Below are positions 40,191 through 52,006 of a stretch of 64,000 nucleotides of DNA, one piece after another (position 1 is the first letter of the stretch; each line of letters begins with the position of its first letter). The notes beneath the pieces were generated by a model. That model was not told the DNA's origin and ran no database searches. It saw only the letters and a list, made by a program, of their open reading frames with translations. This DNA is from Octopus vulgaris (Eukaryota), in the NCBI GenBank assembly GCA_951406725.2, contig OX597824.1:49538001-49602000 (forward strand). Reading direction: 5' to 3'. Position numbers and translations under genes: made by a program.

Positions 40191-42283
40191 TATAATACAT
40201 ACTTTTATTTCAGATTTTTATACTTACTTTTTATAGATTTTTAATTCATATATTAAGAGTGTGTATCATACACAGAGAACTCAATGTTACCTGTCCCCAT
40301 CAAATGCATTGCAACATTTGAGATAGCAGAAGTAAATTATATTAAGTCCAAGCCACAATGTGTTATGATCTGAGTTGTAATCATTATAACAATGTTACAG
40401 CTTTCTATGAGGGTGGTAATACGTTAAATGTACATCACAGTACAATCATCAGACATGTGTCCTTTAGTGTTCTAGGTATCAAACTTTAATAAAGGTCAGA
40501 ATATAATAGTTCTGTTGTCAAAAATACTATTTGAATTATTGTATATGAAGAACCAGTGAGGATAATTTATAGATATTGTCATTACTGAATGAAAATATGA
40601 ACTGAGAAAAAAAATGGAATGCTTTGTTCCTAAAATACTACAATATATTCACAGTATATTCACTTCTGTTGGAAGAACAAACATATTTGATAATGAAAGT
40701 ATTTCAACAGAAGTATAAAGGAAGTATTTATGTTATATGGTATGTCTTTTATATTATTCTAAAATTTTAATTTGTACCTCAAAAGGTGTACACTTGATGT
40801 TCTCAATAAGAGCGCCTGATTCATTTCACTTTGTCTTGTTAATCTTCAAGCCAATATGTCAAGTGTGAAGCTTTGAAAGAGGACTTTTCTGATGATAGTA
40901 TGATGATAAAAAATAACAATTAGTATACATTTTTACAGAATCTGACAACTTCACCTTGCTTTCTAATGGTGTTGGTTGTTAACAGAAATGGTAGGAGGAA
41001 GACCTACATTTTAGCAATGCCAACAATTCTACATCACAGACAAGCTCAGTCTCACTGGTATAGATTGCAGAGACATTATATAATTAATAGGTGTTTCACT
41101 GGCATTCAGTCTCCATGATGATGATAATGATGGAAGATCATTCCATTAAAAGCTGAATATTTTGCATCAAGAAAACTATTTATTTACCTCCGTCTGTCTT
41201 CTACAACGTTCATCTTATCCTTGAAACAAACAACACCAAACACACTGAAAACTCACTGTACATTCAAAGCATTAACTAGAGATAGAATATGATAAAGTCA
41301 ACTTCACACCAACTTTAACAACATACTTTGATAACAATTGAAGCATGTGTGAAACAGACGGTATTTTAAGAGCTAAAGCATTTATACATTAAAAAACAAA
41401 TAAGTAGATTTTAAAAAATTCAGCTAGTTATATTTTCAACAGATATAGTAAGCATGTGTAAATTAACCTTTAGCACTGTAGATGCATCACGTCACGGATG
41501 AGTTTTCTCCCCCTGTACTAACAGGACAGTCGCAGGGGAAACAATTCTAGAGAAAATGCAATGTGTTAAATGTTAAGCAACACGTAGCAGAATTTTAACT
41601 GACAAAGTACTGGCCCTCAACTCTTTTACCATAGTTTACTGTCTCCGTTTTAATTTTGAAAATAATGATGAAGGTAGTAAAATAACTGTCATGACTGAGC
41701 TGGTGTTTGAAACATAAACATGAAATTTTGAAAGCAGGTTTTAATTTAGATCACTTTCAACATGAAGTTTGTATCAGAGAACCAAGGGCAGCCTAAGGTG
41801 GGCTGGCATCAAAATGTTTAGACAAAAACTAGCTGATTTTGGAACTGCTTTTATCCTAATGTTTTATAAACCATCAACTAGAAAGCTGCTTTACTGCTTA
41901 TCCATGTTGTCTGCATTATCTATTTTGTCTTCCATATTTCAGCTCCATCGTATTTCAATACAAGCACCATGCTACAATTTATAGCAATAATGAAATTGTA
42001 TTTTATTTTATTCATACAATATATGAAAACATTAAATCATACTATAAAGTCATTCTATTTGCTAGAAACAGCAACCAATTCTCCCTCAAATCACACACTG
42101 TTATCTTAGAAAAGACAGGACACAGTGGATAATGTAGTCCTAGATATACAATGTCTAAAAAGAAAAAAAAATGGAATTATCATATTTTGGATGTTTTGTA
42201 TCATAGATTTGTTGGATTAGAGCTGATTGAGGTTAACAACAACAACGTAATCTTCACTGATGTTAATAGAATATATATTAACA

Positions 42284-42501
42284 TTAACTCTTTAGCATTC
42301 AGATTACTCTGTCAAATGTAATGTTTATTCATTCACATTGTTTCGATTAATCATGCATTATTTCATAGCTTCGTGATTTCAATGGTGTGATTGTTTTATT
42401 TTTAAAGTGGTCGGTTTGAGAGGAAAGATCTGGCTGGTTTGAACATAAAACAAATAGAATATTTGGGCTGGATATGACTGGTTTGAATGTGAAAGGGTTA
42501 A
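42284..42501. mobile_element. piggyBac-derived MITE 15 nt from an Artemis donor site
   Basis: TTAA-ctctttagcattc ... gaatgtgaaaggg-TTAA. Confidence 0.8.
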
Positions 42502-42516
42502 AGTAGTTATACATAC

Positions 42517-42747
42517 CTGCTCTAAAGTATAATGTTGAGGACAGACATTTGGAAGGACATTTTCAGGTTTCAAATATCTAACTAGAGCTTGAACTTCTTC
42601 AAATGATGGATGACAGGAATAACATACACGGCATTTATTTGGGTCAACCCACTGAAGTGCATCTGCACAGCCCTTTTTTCTGGATTCTTCCACAAACCAC
42701 ATAACAGATACTTTAATAATAAGTAATTCTGATTTTTTAGGTCTTAG
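42517..42747 (-). CDS. DCLRE1C: Artemis exon with beta-CASP motifs B and C
   Basis: IIKVSVMWF..RVCYSCHPSFEEVQALVRYLKPENVLPNV (human: IKPSTMWF..RACFSFHSSYSE..PNV); 231 nt. Confidence 0.92.
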
Positions 42748-43920
42748 CTGAAATGAAAGCAAAGAAATAAATTATGACACAGTGCAAATTTCATCTTTCT
42801 TTTTTAACCCACGAAGAACCCCATTGCAGATTTAATCTTCCTGTCAAAGGTAAGTCAAAGAGAAATGATTTCGATACCACAAACTAACAAAACATTTGTC
42901 AAATTTCCTATGCTACCATTTCTTGGAATGATAAATTGTTCAGGAAGGATTGTTTGGACATTTATTCATAAAGTGTCTTGGATACAGATGACAATTTAGT
43001 GCCAGTGACAAGACATAAACAAAGGACCACATGAGTGTTTGTCTGCTACTCTTTTGTCCATCTGTTCTCTCCTTATAAATTTATCAAATTATCTCTTCTT
43101 ACACTTTTGCATCATTGAACACTTTAAATTATTTGTGCAACATTTAATTCTTTGTTCAGGAGGTTTTTAGCATCTTTTGATTCTTCAGATGTTAATTTAA
43201 TTACATCCTCTTGTTTCATGGTGTTTGTGAACACAGTAACTTTGGTTTTGCATTGCTGCTGATAGTGTGACAGTAGCGGGGAATGATATTTTCAGCCATG
43301 TTGTATTGACAATTTGATTCTTCTTTGTTTCCATCCTCATTGTTCTTGTTTTCAAACTCACTGTTGTTGTTGTTTTGGTCAGTACTAGTGGTGGCAGAAG
43401 TAATGTTGCTTTCATATCTCTTTTCATTGGTGTTGTTGACATTACTCTTGTAGTTCATAGACTCTTTGTTAACAGGTAGTACTGAGAAATTAGCAATGTG
43501 TTGGTTGTTGGAACAGATAATTCCTGCCTGGATTTGCAAAGCCATATTTTTATTTCTAGATATTTAACTTTACTACTAAAAAACAAAAAGTTTACCCTGA
43601 AGGATAAAACTTCCAAAAACAACCAACTAGCCTTAGATGGTACAACAAAATAAAATTCAATAACATCTTAAAAGCTTCAAGAAGACCTCTTTCTCTTACA
43701 TTACATATACCATGCACAACAAAATATAAACTAATATAACAAGAAACTAAACTCCATAACAAAACAAACTGGTGCAGTACACCAACAGAAGGAGTGTATA
43801 CTCCCCAAATCCCCACAAAAATAAGAACCAAATGCTACACACACCTCAGGAGCATTGAGGTACAGTAGAAACTTGCAAGAAACTATACAAGAAAAAAGAA
43901 AATAATAATAAGTCCATTAC

Positions 43921-44040
43921 CTGTGGGCAAAACTCAGTGTTGTGAAAGTGGATTCTAGTACCTTGTGCAGATGTAGTGAATGAATCCTTAAGTTTAGGAA
44001 TTGTGTCATAAACAGATTTCTTATAATCATTGACATGAAC
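43921..44040 (-). CDS. DCLRE1C: Artemis exon
   Basis: VHVNDYKKSVYDTIPKLKDSFTTSAQGTRIHFHNTEFCPQ (human VHVNKLDMF..TQIHAC); tag|..|gtaatg; 120 nt. Confidence 0.9.
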
Positions 44041-45297
44041 CTAGTGAGAAAATAAAATTATAATATCAAACCAAATGTGATCATCATCATTCTCTTCTCT
44101 TTAACTGCTATCACCAATATAACCTTCACTGGAATAGTTACGGTCTATCCTCATTGTATTCACACCAATCAGGCCAGAAAACAAGACTGATTCCAAAATG
44201 GTCAGACTGTAACACTACACTACTCATAATTAAAAAAACTAAAACATGACAGTATGTATAACACTGCTTCCAGATCAGACTGGAGCATTGTTTATCTAGC
44301 ATTTTGGGGGACCTGGAGGTTACTCATATATAACCACTGTACCTGGAGTTACTCAACAATAATCTCCATCAGATTCATTTTCTCATTGCCATACACCTCA
44401 TTTTACATACCTCAATCACCACCCTCTCCATATACATCTTGAAACTTTAGCTTCAACAAAGTCGACAAGAGGCACTCAACACCATTGGCAGATTTTCTGT
44501 AGCAACTCAAATCTGATAAGCTTAAATATGATCTGACTTAGTCCATAATGAGTCATGCACAACCATACAATGCCCTTTCCAGGAAGTGTAGACTATGCTC
44601 AGAGTAATCACTGTGCATTTTGTTGAGAAGCGAACCGATCATTAATAAATTCTCAGAAAGAATAGTAAGATGCTTGCATGCTAGGAAATGCACATTTGCC
44701 CAATTTAGGATATCACTGACTTGATCAGCATTTATGGATTACCAGGATATTCAGGTAGTGAACTTAAACTTCTCCCTGGAACACATGTTTGCAATATAAC
44801 ATCACTGAGATACTTCATATTACACTATATAGTAACTATTTGTTCACTGTCTTGCATACACTTACATATTGCTTTCTAAGTGATGAACACACCATCACCT
44901 ACACTCAACAACACAGGATATCACTATATTGCCATGAGGCTTTCCATCGACTATATGTTGCATGATGAATTTCTCATTCAACCAACACCTGTAGACTCAC
45001 AATACCATTAATTCAATTAAAAACGGACTACCCAGGAACATATAATTATGGGCTGTCCTTAGAACCAATCTGTATGAACTGATCAGTTGATTATGACATA
45101 TGATACATGCAAGAAATTATTGTTGCAATAGCATTACTTTATGGCATGTTATTTCATTGTTCCATTAAATTGCCTAGTTAGACTAAACATGTCCAATGGA
45201 ATACACCATTGGAATGTGTCTATATTTCAACTAAACTCAGATAGAGACATGGATGAGTACATACACATAAATGCATACATGTATGTGTGATGTTACA

Positions 45298-45349
<52 letters not shown>

Positions 45350-46014
45350 AAGGAGTTTGTATGATATAGAAGGAGTGTGTATAGAAGAATATATTACTCA
45401 AAGGAATTCCACCCCTGTCTGTTTTTCACATTTTATTCATAATCTAATATCAATATAAGATATAAAATAATATATTAAAAAGAAATGAAATGAAATATTA
45501 ATTGTCTATTCGTATTGAACAAATGAAATATTAAATGTCCATTCTTATTGAACTAGTATACTTTCTTGCATTTATGCAATCTTCAGGTTCATTGGTGCTG
45601 ACAGTTGTGTTCATTGGTTTCAACTGTGGTTGACTGGTTAAATTTTGTCCTTTATAGACATTCCTGTGGATAGAAGTAGAAGTTGCTTGGCTATATATAT
45701 ATATATATGTATACACACACATCTGTGAATATATATATTCAGGTGATTTTACGAATGTATGTGTGTTAGCCTATTTACATACACAAATGCACTTAGAAGC
45801 ATAAGCGCAAGGGCGAAAGTATACATGTTTATAGTGGGTGCAGACAAGTATGTGTATATACATGTATCTATATATGTATATATAGACATATGTTGTGATA
45901 TATATATATATAAGTATGTATATGTATATCTATATATATATAAGTATTTAAATGTGTGTGTATTTTTATTTATTTTATATTTATATTTATTTATAACTCA
46001 ACATTATGTACTTT

Positions 46015-46143
46015 ATAATCTCTGACGAAGCCTAGAGAAATACCCAAGTACCTCAATCTCATCTACCTATTACTTCAGTCTACTTGAGTAATAAAGATAG
46101 AATGAGGTATTTTTATCTCTTGGCTGAAACAGCTGTAAGTTAT
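46015..46143 (+). ncRNA. Minimal type-I hammerhead ribozyme, intact core
   Basis: ataatct-CTGACGA(46022-28)-agcc.agaga.aatacc...ggtatt..tctct.ggct-GAAAC(46126-30)-AGCT-GTA(46135-37)-agttat. Confidence 0.8.
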
Positions 46144-46220
46144 TTTCCCAATTTATATTCATGTATGTTATTTTGTAATAATTACTGGTATCCTTATATA
46201 TTAATATATTTTATATCTTA

Positions 46221-46733
46221 CTAGCAGTATCGCCCGGCGTTGCTCGGGTTTGTAAGGGAAATAACTATATAAGCATTTTTAGAGAGTTACTTCCCTTATA
46301 GATGCCAATTCGGGCTTTCTTAGCCATTTCTGTTTTGGTGTCTTCAAACCATGAAGTCGTTGTTCTAAAAGAACGCTGGTCTCCTTGACAACGCTTTACG
46401 GCGTTGATTTCCTTACACTCCCTTCCCCACAGCTTCACGAGGGAGGGAAGAAGGGGGAGAAGCAAACAGGTGCAGGTGTGACCATGGATGCCAACTCCGC
46501 CGCCATCGACACACGAAAAATTATGCATTAAAATGGAATAAAAAATGATGTTAAATTATTTTTAAAATCGTAGACTCATCGTAGACGCGCGCTAATAGCC
46601 AAACGGGCTCGATATGAATCACGACTATAAGATACCCGAATTTGGTTAAACTGCACCGCAAAATGTGGGAGTAGTTAGGAATCTAAATCGAAGGGGACAG
46701 ACACTCACACAACTACAGTTTTATATATATAGA
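46221..46733 (-). mobile_element. Non-autonomous Helitron
   Basis: Minus strand: A|TCTATATATATAAAACTG.. 5' end, cccgagcaacgccggg hairpin then CTAG|T. Confidence 0.8.
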
Positions 46734-46788
46734 TATGTAAAGCATAATATGTTATACACGTATGTATATTCTTGTAATTGTCAGTTTA

Positions 46789-47040
46789 TCATCATCATCA
46801 TCATCATCATCATCGTTTAACGTCCGTTTTCCGCGCTAGCACGGGTTGGACGGTTTCGACCGGGGTCTGGGGAGCTAGGGACTGCCCCAGGCTCCAGTCT
46901 AGTCTGGCAGAGTTTCTACAGCTGGATGCCCTTCCTAACGCCAACCACTCCGCGAGTGTAGTGGGTGTTTTTTACGTGCCACCTGCACAGGTGCCAGAGG
47001 GGTCTGGCATCGGCCACGTTCGGATGGTGCTTTTTTATGT
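46789..47040 (-). mobile_element. RTE LINE 3' tail (CpG-rich, young-looking)
   Basis: (CAT)n followed by the reverse complement of the family tail. Confidence 0.8.
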
Positions 47041-47292
47041 GGGGGGGCGGGTGCAGAAATATAGGGGAGCACCAGTGGGGAGGGGTGGTTCAGAGAAATG
47101 ATGACAGGTTCTAGGCAAGTAGAACGTAGGATATCAAGAGAGGGGTAATGCATGGTGAAATAGCGTATTGAAGAGGGGGGTTCGAAGAGTAGACACCTAT
47201 TATGGTGGTGGGAGAAGCGACATCCGGTATGGATGGAGCAAAAATATAGAGATATCCAGTATTGGTGGTGGGGGTGGGCAGGGCGGGTGCAC

Positions 47293-47644
47293 CGCGAATA
47301 CACGATGGTTGATGAATACACAAGAGGCGAGATGGATAATGGATAAATTAGTTAAAATAATTAGATAGATATAGAAATTAGTTAAAAATAGTTAGATAGA
47401 TAAGAAAGCATGTATGATTGATGGGGAAGTGAAAATAAATAAATAAGCATTCAACTTATCTGCTAGATGAATGAATGAATGAAAGAGCAGAAGTTTGGGG
47501 CTGCGTTTTTTAAGTAAAGATTGTCCGGAAGAAGAAGGCGCGAATACACGATGGTTGATGAATACACGAGAGGCGAGATGGATAATGGATAAATTAGTTA
47601 AAATAATTAGATAGATATAGAAATTAGTTAAAAATAGTTAGATA
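47293..47644. repeat. ~105-bp near-identical direct duplication (47293-47398 / 47539-47644)
   Basis: cgcgaatacacgatggttgatgaatacac...aaatagttagata occurs twice. Confidence 0.8.
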
Positions 47645-47886
47645 AGTTAACATAATATAATGTCTAAAAGTTGATGAACCACCTATTGATCCTCTCCATT
47701 TTCTTTTGCTATATAAATTAATGGTAAAATATCTCTTTACCTTCACCCATTTAGTACACTAGGTAATGTAATTGCAATGCAATTAAAAACACTTGTGTAT
47801 TAATAATTGAGTATTCTACCAGCAGTATATTGGATAGACATTATCCCTTAGTGGGTTGGATTCACAACCTCTAACTTTCTTGGAGT

Positions 47887-47918
<32 letters not shown>

Positions 47919-47938
47919 AATACATACATACATATATA

Positions 47939-47997
<59 letters not shown>

Positions 47998-47999
<2 letters not shown>

Positions 48000-48590
48000 T
48001 CATCATTGTCATTTAGCGTCCACTTTCCATGCTAGCATGGGTTGGACGGTTCAACTGGGGTCTGGGAAGCCAGAAGGCTGCACCAGGCCCAGTCTGATCT
48101 GGCAATGTTTCTACGGCTGGATGCCCTTCCAAACGCCAACCACTCCGTGAGTGTAGTGGGTGCTTTTAACGTGCCACCGGCACAGGTGCCAGGCGGGGGT
48201 TGCAAACGGCCACGGACGGATGGTGCTTTTTACGTGCCACCGGCACGGGGGCCAGGCGAGGCTGGCAACAGCCATGATTGGATGGTGCTTTTTACGTGCC
48301 ACCGGCACGGAGGCCAGTCGGGACGGCGCTGGCAACGGCCACGGTCAGGTGGTGCTTTTTACGTGCCACCGGCACGGGGGCCAGGCGAGGCTGGCAACGG
48401 CCACGATCGGATGGTGCTTTTTACGTGCCACCGGCACAGAGGCCAGTCGGGGCGGCGCTGGCAACGGACACGGTCGGGTGGTGCTTTTTACGTGCCACTC
48501 GGGGCGGCGCTGGCAACGGCCATGATCGGATGGTTTGCTTATGTGCCACCGGCACTGGTATCACAGCTGCAATTTCCATTGATGTTGATA
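47998..48590 (-). mobile_element. RTE LINE 3' end with a 7-unit GC-rich hairpin minisatellite
   Basis: gtgccac core at 48171, 48234, 48296, 48363, 48425, 48492 and 48543. Confidence 0.85.
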
Positions 48591-48770
48591 TATATATATA
48601 TATATATACTGGAGCAGGCAAAAGTGTGTGTGTATGTATGTACATATATGTGTGCATTTATTCTACAATAGACCCAGAAAATGACCCCAGCTTAAATTCT
48701 ATATATATATATTCTACACACACACACATATATACACACATATATATACAACCATACATATAAACATACA

Positions 48771-48814
<44 letters not shown>

Positions 48815-49297
48815 TACGAGGAGAGGAAAAGGAAAAAAAGCTCCTACTACTAAATAGAGAGTATTTGAGAGGGGAAGGTGGCTCTATGACAGTTGTTGGA
48901 AAGCTCAAGCAAGAAACAAACACAAGTGTCTGGCTATAGACGAGATACATGGCTAGAAACATACACACACACAGACATTTCATCATCATCATCATCATAA
49001 CAGCCTCATGGAGGTAAAGTGGCTGAGTTACTTTCAAGTGTTGGGCCTCACAGAGGCAATGACCGAGACCTTTGGCATTGTCATGCTTGAGAAATTGCAG
49101 TCATAGCAGATACTGGTGTCATACAAATGGCACCTGTGCCAGTAGCACGTAAAAACACCTATTATACTCTTGGAGTGGTTGGCGTTAGGAAGGGCACCCA
49201 GCCATAGAAAACTATGCCAAATCAGACTGGAGTCTGGTGCAGCCTTCCAGCTTACCAACCCTGGTCAAACCGTCCAACCCATGCCACTATTGACAAT

Positions 49298-49575
49298 TGT
49301 AGTGTGTGCGCGATTCGAATATAAAGGCACCTACCTTCACTTCCTCGTGATGGAGACCCTTCAGTGGTAATGGATCCTTCGACACAGCCCCGACCCGAAC
49401 ACTAAAGATAGCAGCTGCTGCACCCAAACCTTAGCGACGCCTTCCCACGTCTTCACACCTCAACGACCCTCGTTGGAAAGGCCGAAATGACCGGTGTGCG
49501 CGCGCCTGCCTGCTGCCCCCTTCCGGTCAGCCCCAACTTCTGGTCAACTCATCCAACTGCTGACGTCATCCCACA
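49298..49575 (-). mobile_element. Probable solo LTR (278 bp) inserted in an RTE tail
   Basis: GC/CpG-rich island with TGT...ACA termini; the flanks rejoin as the RTE tail (..gacaat|taaatgatgat); TSD not clear. Confidence 0.55.
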
Positions 49576-49962
49576 TAAATGATGATCACACATACACACA
49601 CAAAATCATACGGATGTCTACATTTTCATGTTTGCATGGGTCAGATGGAATTCATTGAAGCAAATTTTCTATGACTTGAAACCCAACCTGTCATTACTCC
49701 ATGGTGGACTGCATGCTTTTCAAGTTTTTTTTTTAGACTAAATGAAAGAGGGGTCTAGAATAATAAAAAAAGATGGTTTAGAAACATTGAATTAAAAGTT
49801 TCCTTTGACTCTAACCTATATAAATCACCTGATGACAAAGATCAGACTGATCAAACATACTTACAGATGGAAGAAATGAGATCAATAGTTCTAATATTCT
49901 CCTTCATAAGCAAAAACAAGTAAAGAAACAGAATGACAATGAAAACAACAAATAAAGCTTAC

Positions 49963-50176
49963 TTTCATTCTGAAAGCTTTAGCCAGTTTCTCTAGCAGGT
50001 GTTCATAACCAAAGCTGGTTTTAGAAAAGATGCATACGTAATTAGCGTCATTTTTCTTAAAATGCTTTGTAACTTCAGAAAGGACAGCTTCATATGACTG
50101 TGTTCGAGTTGGAATATGAAAGGCCTCAGGAACGCAGAAGGTTGTGTCTACATACAAGCTTTTAATTAATTTCATG
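49963..50176 (-). CDS. DCLRE1C: Artemis exon with motif A (DTT)
   Basis: MKLIKSLYVDTTFCVPEAFHIPTR...KTSFGYEHL (human SVYLDTTFCDPRFYQIPSR..AAYGYEYL); 214 nt. Confidence 0.94.
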
Positions 50177-50751
50177 CTAAAATTAGAATTACACAAGAAC
50201 ATTTCAAAAATTAATATGCAACCAAATTGGCAATTTACAAAACAAGTTTAGCCACCATATCAACACACACACACACACACATACTCCTTCAGTCAAAGTT
50301 GACCATGCATTTGAACATGTTCACACAGAATTGGACAACATTAGTTGAGGAAGACTAACAGTTAGCTAGGCAAGTGTGTATATGCAGTATATAAAATAAC
50401 TTTCAAACTGTACAGTGTGTGTATACATACACATAAATATATATATATATATATGTCTGTATGGAAAAAATTTGTTCTTTCTTTGAGATATATTATCCAA
50501 GCATACACCAGTTTAGCACTATATTGATTAATGATACTGGAGAATTCTACTTGTGTATGTGTACTAGTGTTTATCATTGATTCTTCTTTACCTTATACTT
50601 CTGGAATTCCAGTTGTTGCTATAGAGATTTCCATTGTTCTCGATATAGGAGAAAAAGTTTAACAATACAAAGAAAATGGAGAATACATACACACAATAAT
50701 CAATTCATTTATTATCATCATAGTCCAGTCAAATTTATGAGTTCATTCATA

Positions 50752-50858
50752 TTGCCTACACTGCATTTCAGTTCATTGCTCCTATCCATATTTACACATT
50801 TAAGTGCATTTAAAGTACATTATGAAGTTGAAAAAAGCAAAAAACCTCTTCAGGGCAA
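50752..50858 (-). ncRNA. Type-I hammerhead ribozyme motif (slightly decayed)
   Basis: Minus strand: ttgcc-CTGAAGA-ggttttttgctt...gagcaatgaact-GAAA-tgcagt-GTA-ggcaa; 5-bp stem I and ~11-bp stem II. Confidence 0.65.
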
Positions 50859-51272
50859 ATTGACTGATATTTTTCACATCCTAATGGACGGAGAGTTTAT
50901 TCTGATTGAATTGTAGCATGTGTGTCTTGAACTCTGTTCTAAAAATAGTTAGAGGTTGATTTTGACCTTACTCGACACGGGATAGGCATAGTTCAGAAGA
51001 ACTAAGTCATGTTACTATTCACTTTTATGGTAATTCTAATTAACCGATTACAAGCTAACCACTACCTTTCAATCTATTCAGTATGTCCATAACACATTCC
51101 TCTACATCCATATTCTGTCCTTTTGGCCAAATTTATTAACTATTTAGGCTTACAAGCCTACCCGTACTTTTCATACACTTTTACAACTATCACATATTCA
51201 CAAAACAAGGAGGCACAAACACACACACACAATCAACGAGCTTCATTCAGTTTCTATTTACCAAATCCACTC

Positions 51273-51303
<31 letters not shown>

Positions 51304-51304
51304 A

Positions 51305-51338
<34 letters not shown>

Positions 51339-51515
51339 ATATCAGAAAGTGAGATGACAAATGAATAAACAATTATCTTATGAACTTCATTAGCTTAGAG
51401 CTGTTTTTGCTCTAAGATGCAGTGGATTCATAGTTGAGTGTCTGACTAACACCTTAGAGTTTCAGTAGAGCCTTGAATTTGAGGTGCACTTTATTTGGGA
51501 AATGAATAACACTTA

Positions 51516-51558
<43 letters not shown>

Positions 51559-51708
51559 GAAAAAGCATTGCAAATGAAAAAGCAAACACATATGTGGGGG
51601 ATGAAAATCAAGAGCTCCTCCCATAAATAGAATAAGATTAATTTTAAAATGTGTACATAGATGGGTATATCCAGATTCAGGTAAAGGTTAATTAGATTTG
51701 CCTAAGCG

Positions 51709-51740
<32 letters not shown>

Positions 51741-51794
51741 CTGCTCCATGATGGTAAAATCAACAGAAAAAGGACTCCATCTGGTGAGAGATAG

Positions 51795-51992
51795 ATATTA
51801 TTTAATAGACACAATACATGCTTTTATGTGCTATAATAGTTTCATATGCTGAGAACATGCCAAATAACGGTTTGTGCCTGATGACTGTGTTGGGATGTTA
51901 AACATGTTATAATTCATTATTTGGCATGTTCTCAGCATAAGAAACTATTAGTATCATATAAAAACATGCATTGTGTCTATTAAATAATATCA
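51795..51992. repeat. Foldback element with ~70-bp arms
   Basis: gatattatttaatagacacaat..atgctgagaacatgccaaataa / ttatttggcatgttctcagcat..attgtgtctattaaataatatc. Confidence 0.8.
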
Positions 51993-52006
51993 TATGTGTG
52001 TGTATT

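Noticed and set aside
41189-41220. Extra Artemis mini-exon (aag|GATAAG..GGAG|gtaaat)
   Set aside because: 32 nt would break the frame between the 42517 and 39057 exons; no homology support
48150-48560. CRISPR-like array (palindromic repeat with ~35-40-bp linkers)
   Set aside because: The linkers repeat each other, the array is part of a LINE 3' UTR, the context is eukaryotic and there are no cas genes
48042-48763. Long overlapping ORFs (209, 161 and 121 aa)
   Set aside because: By-products of a GC-rich tandem repeat
51392-51468. Functional hammerhead on minus
   Set aside because: Stem II and the AGCT palindrome remain but the core is mutated (CTGAAA, AAAAC, CTA); counted only as a relic
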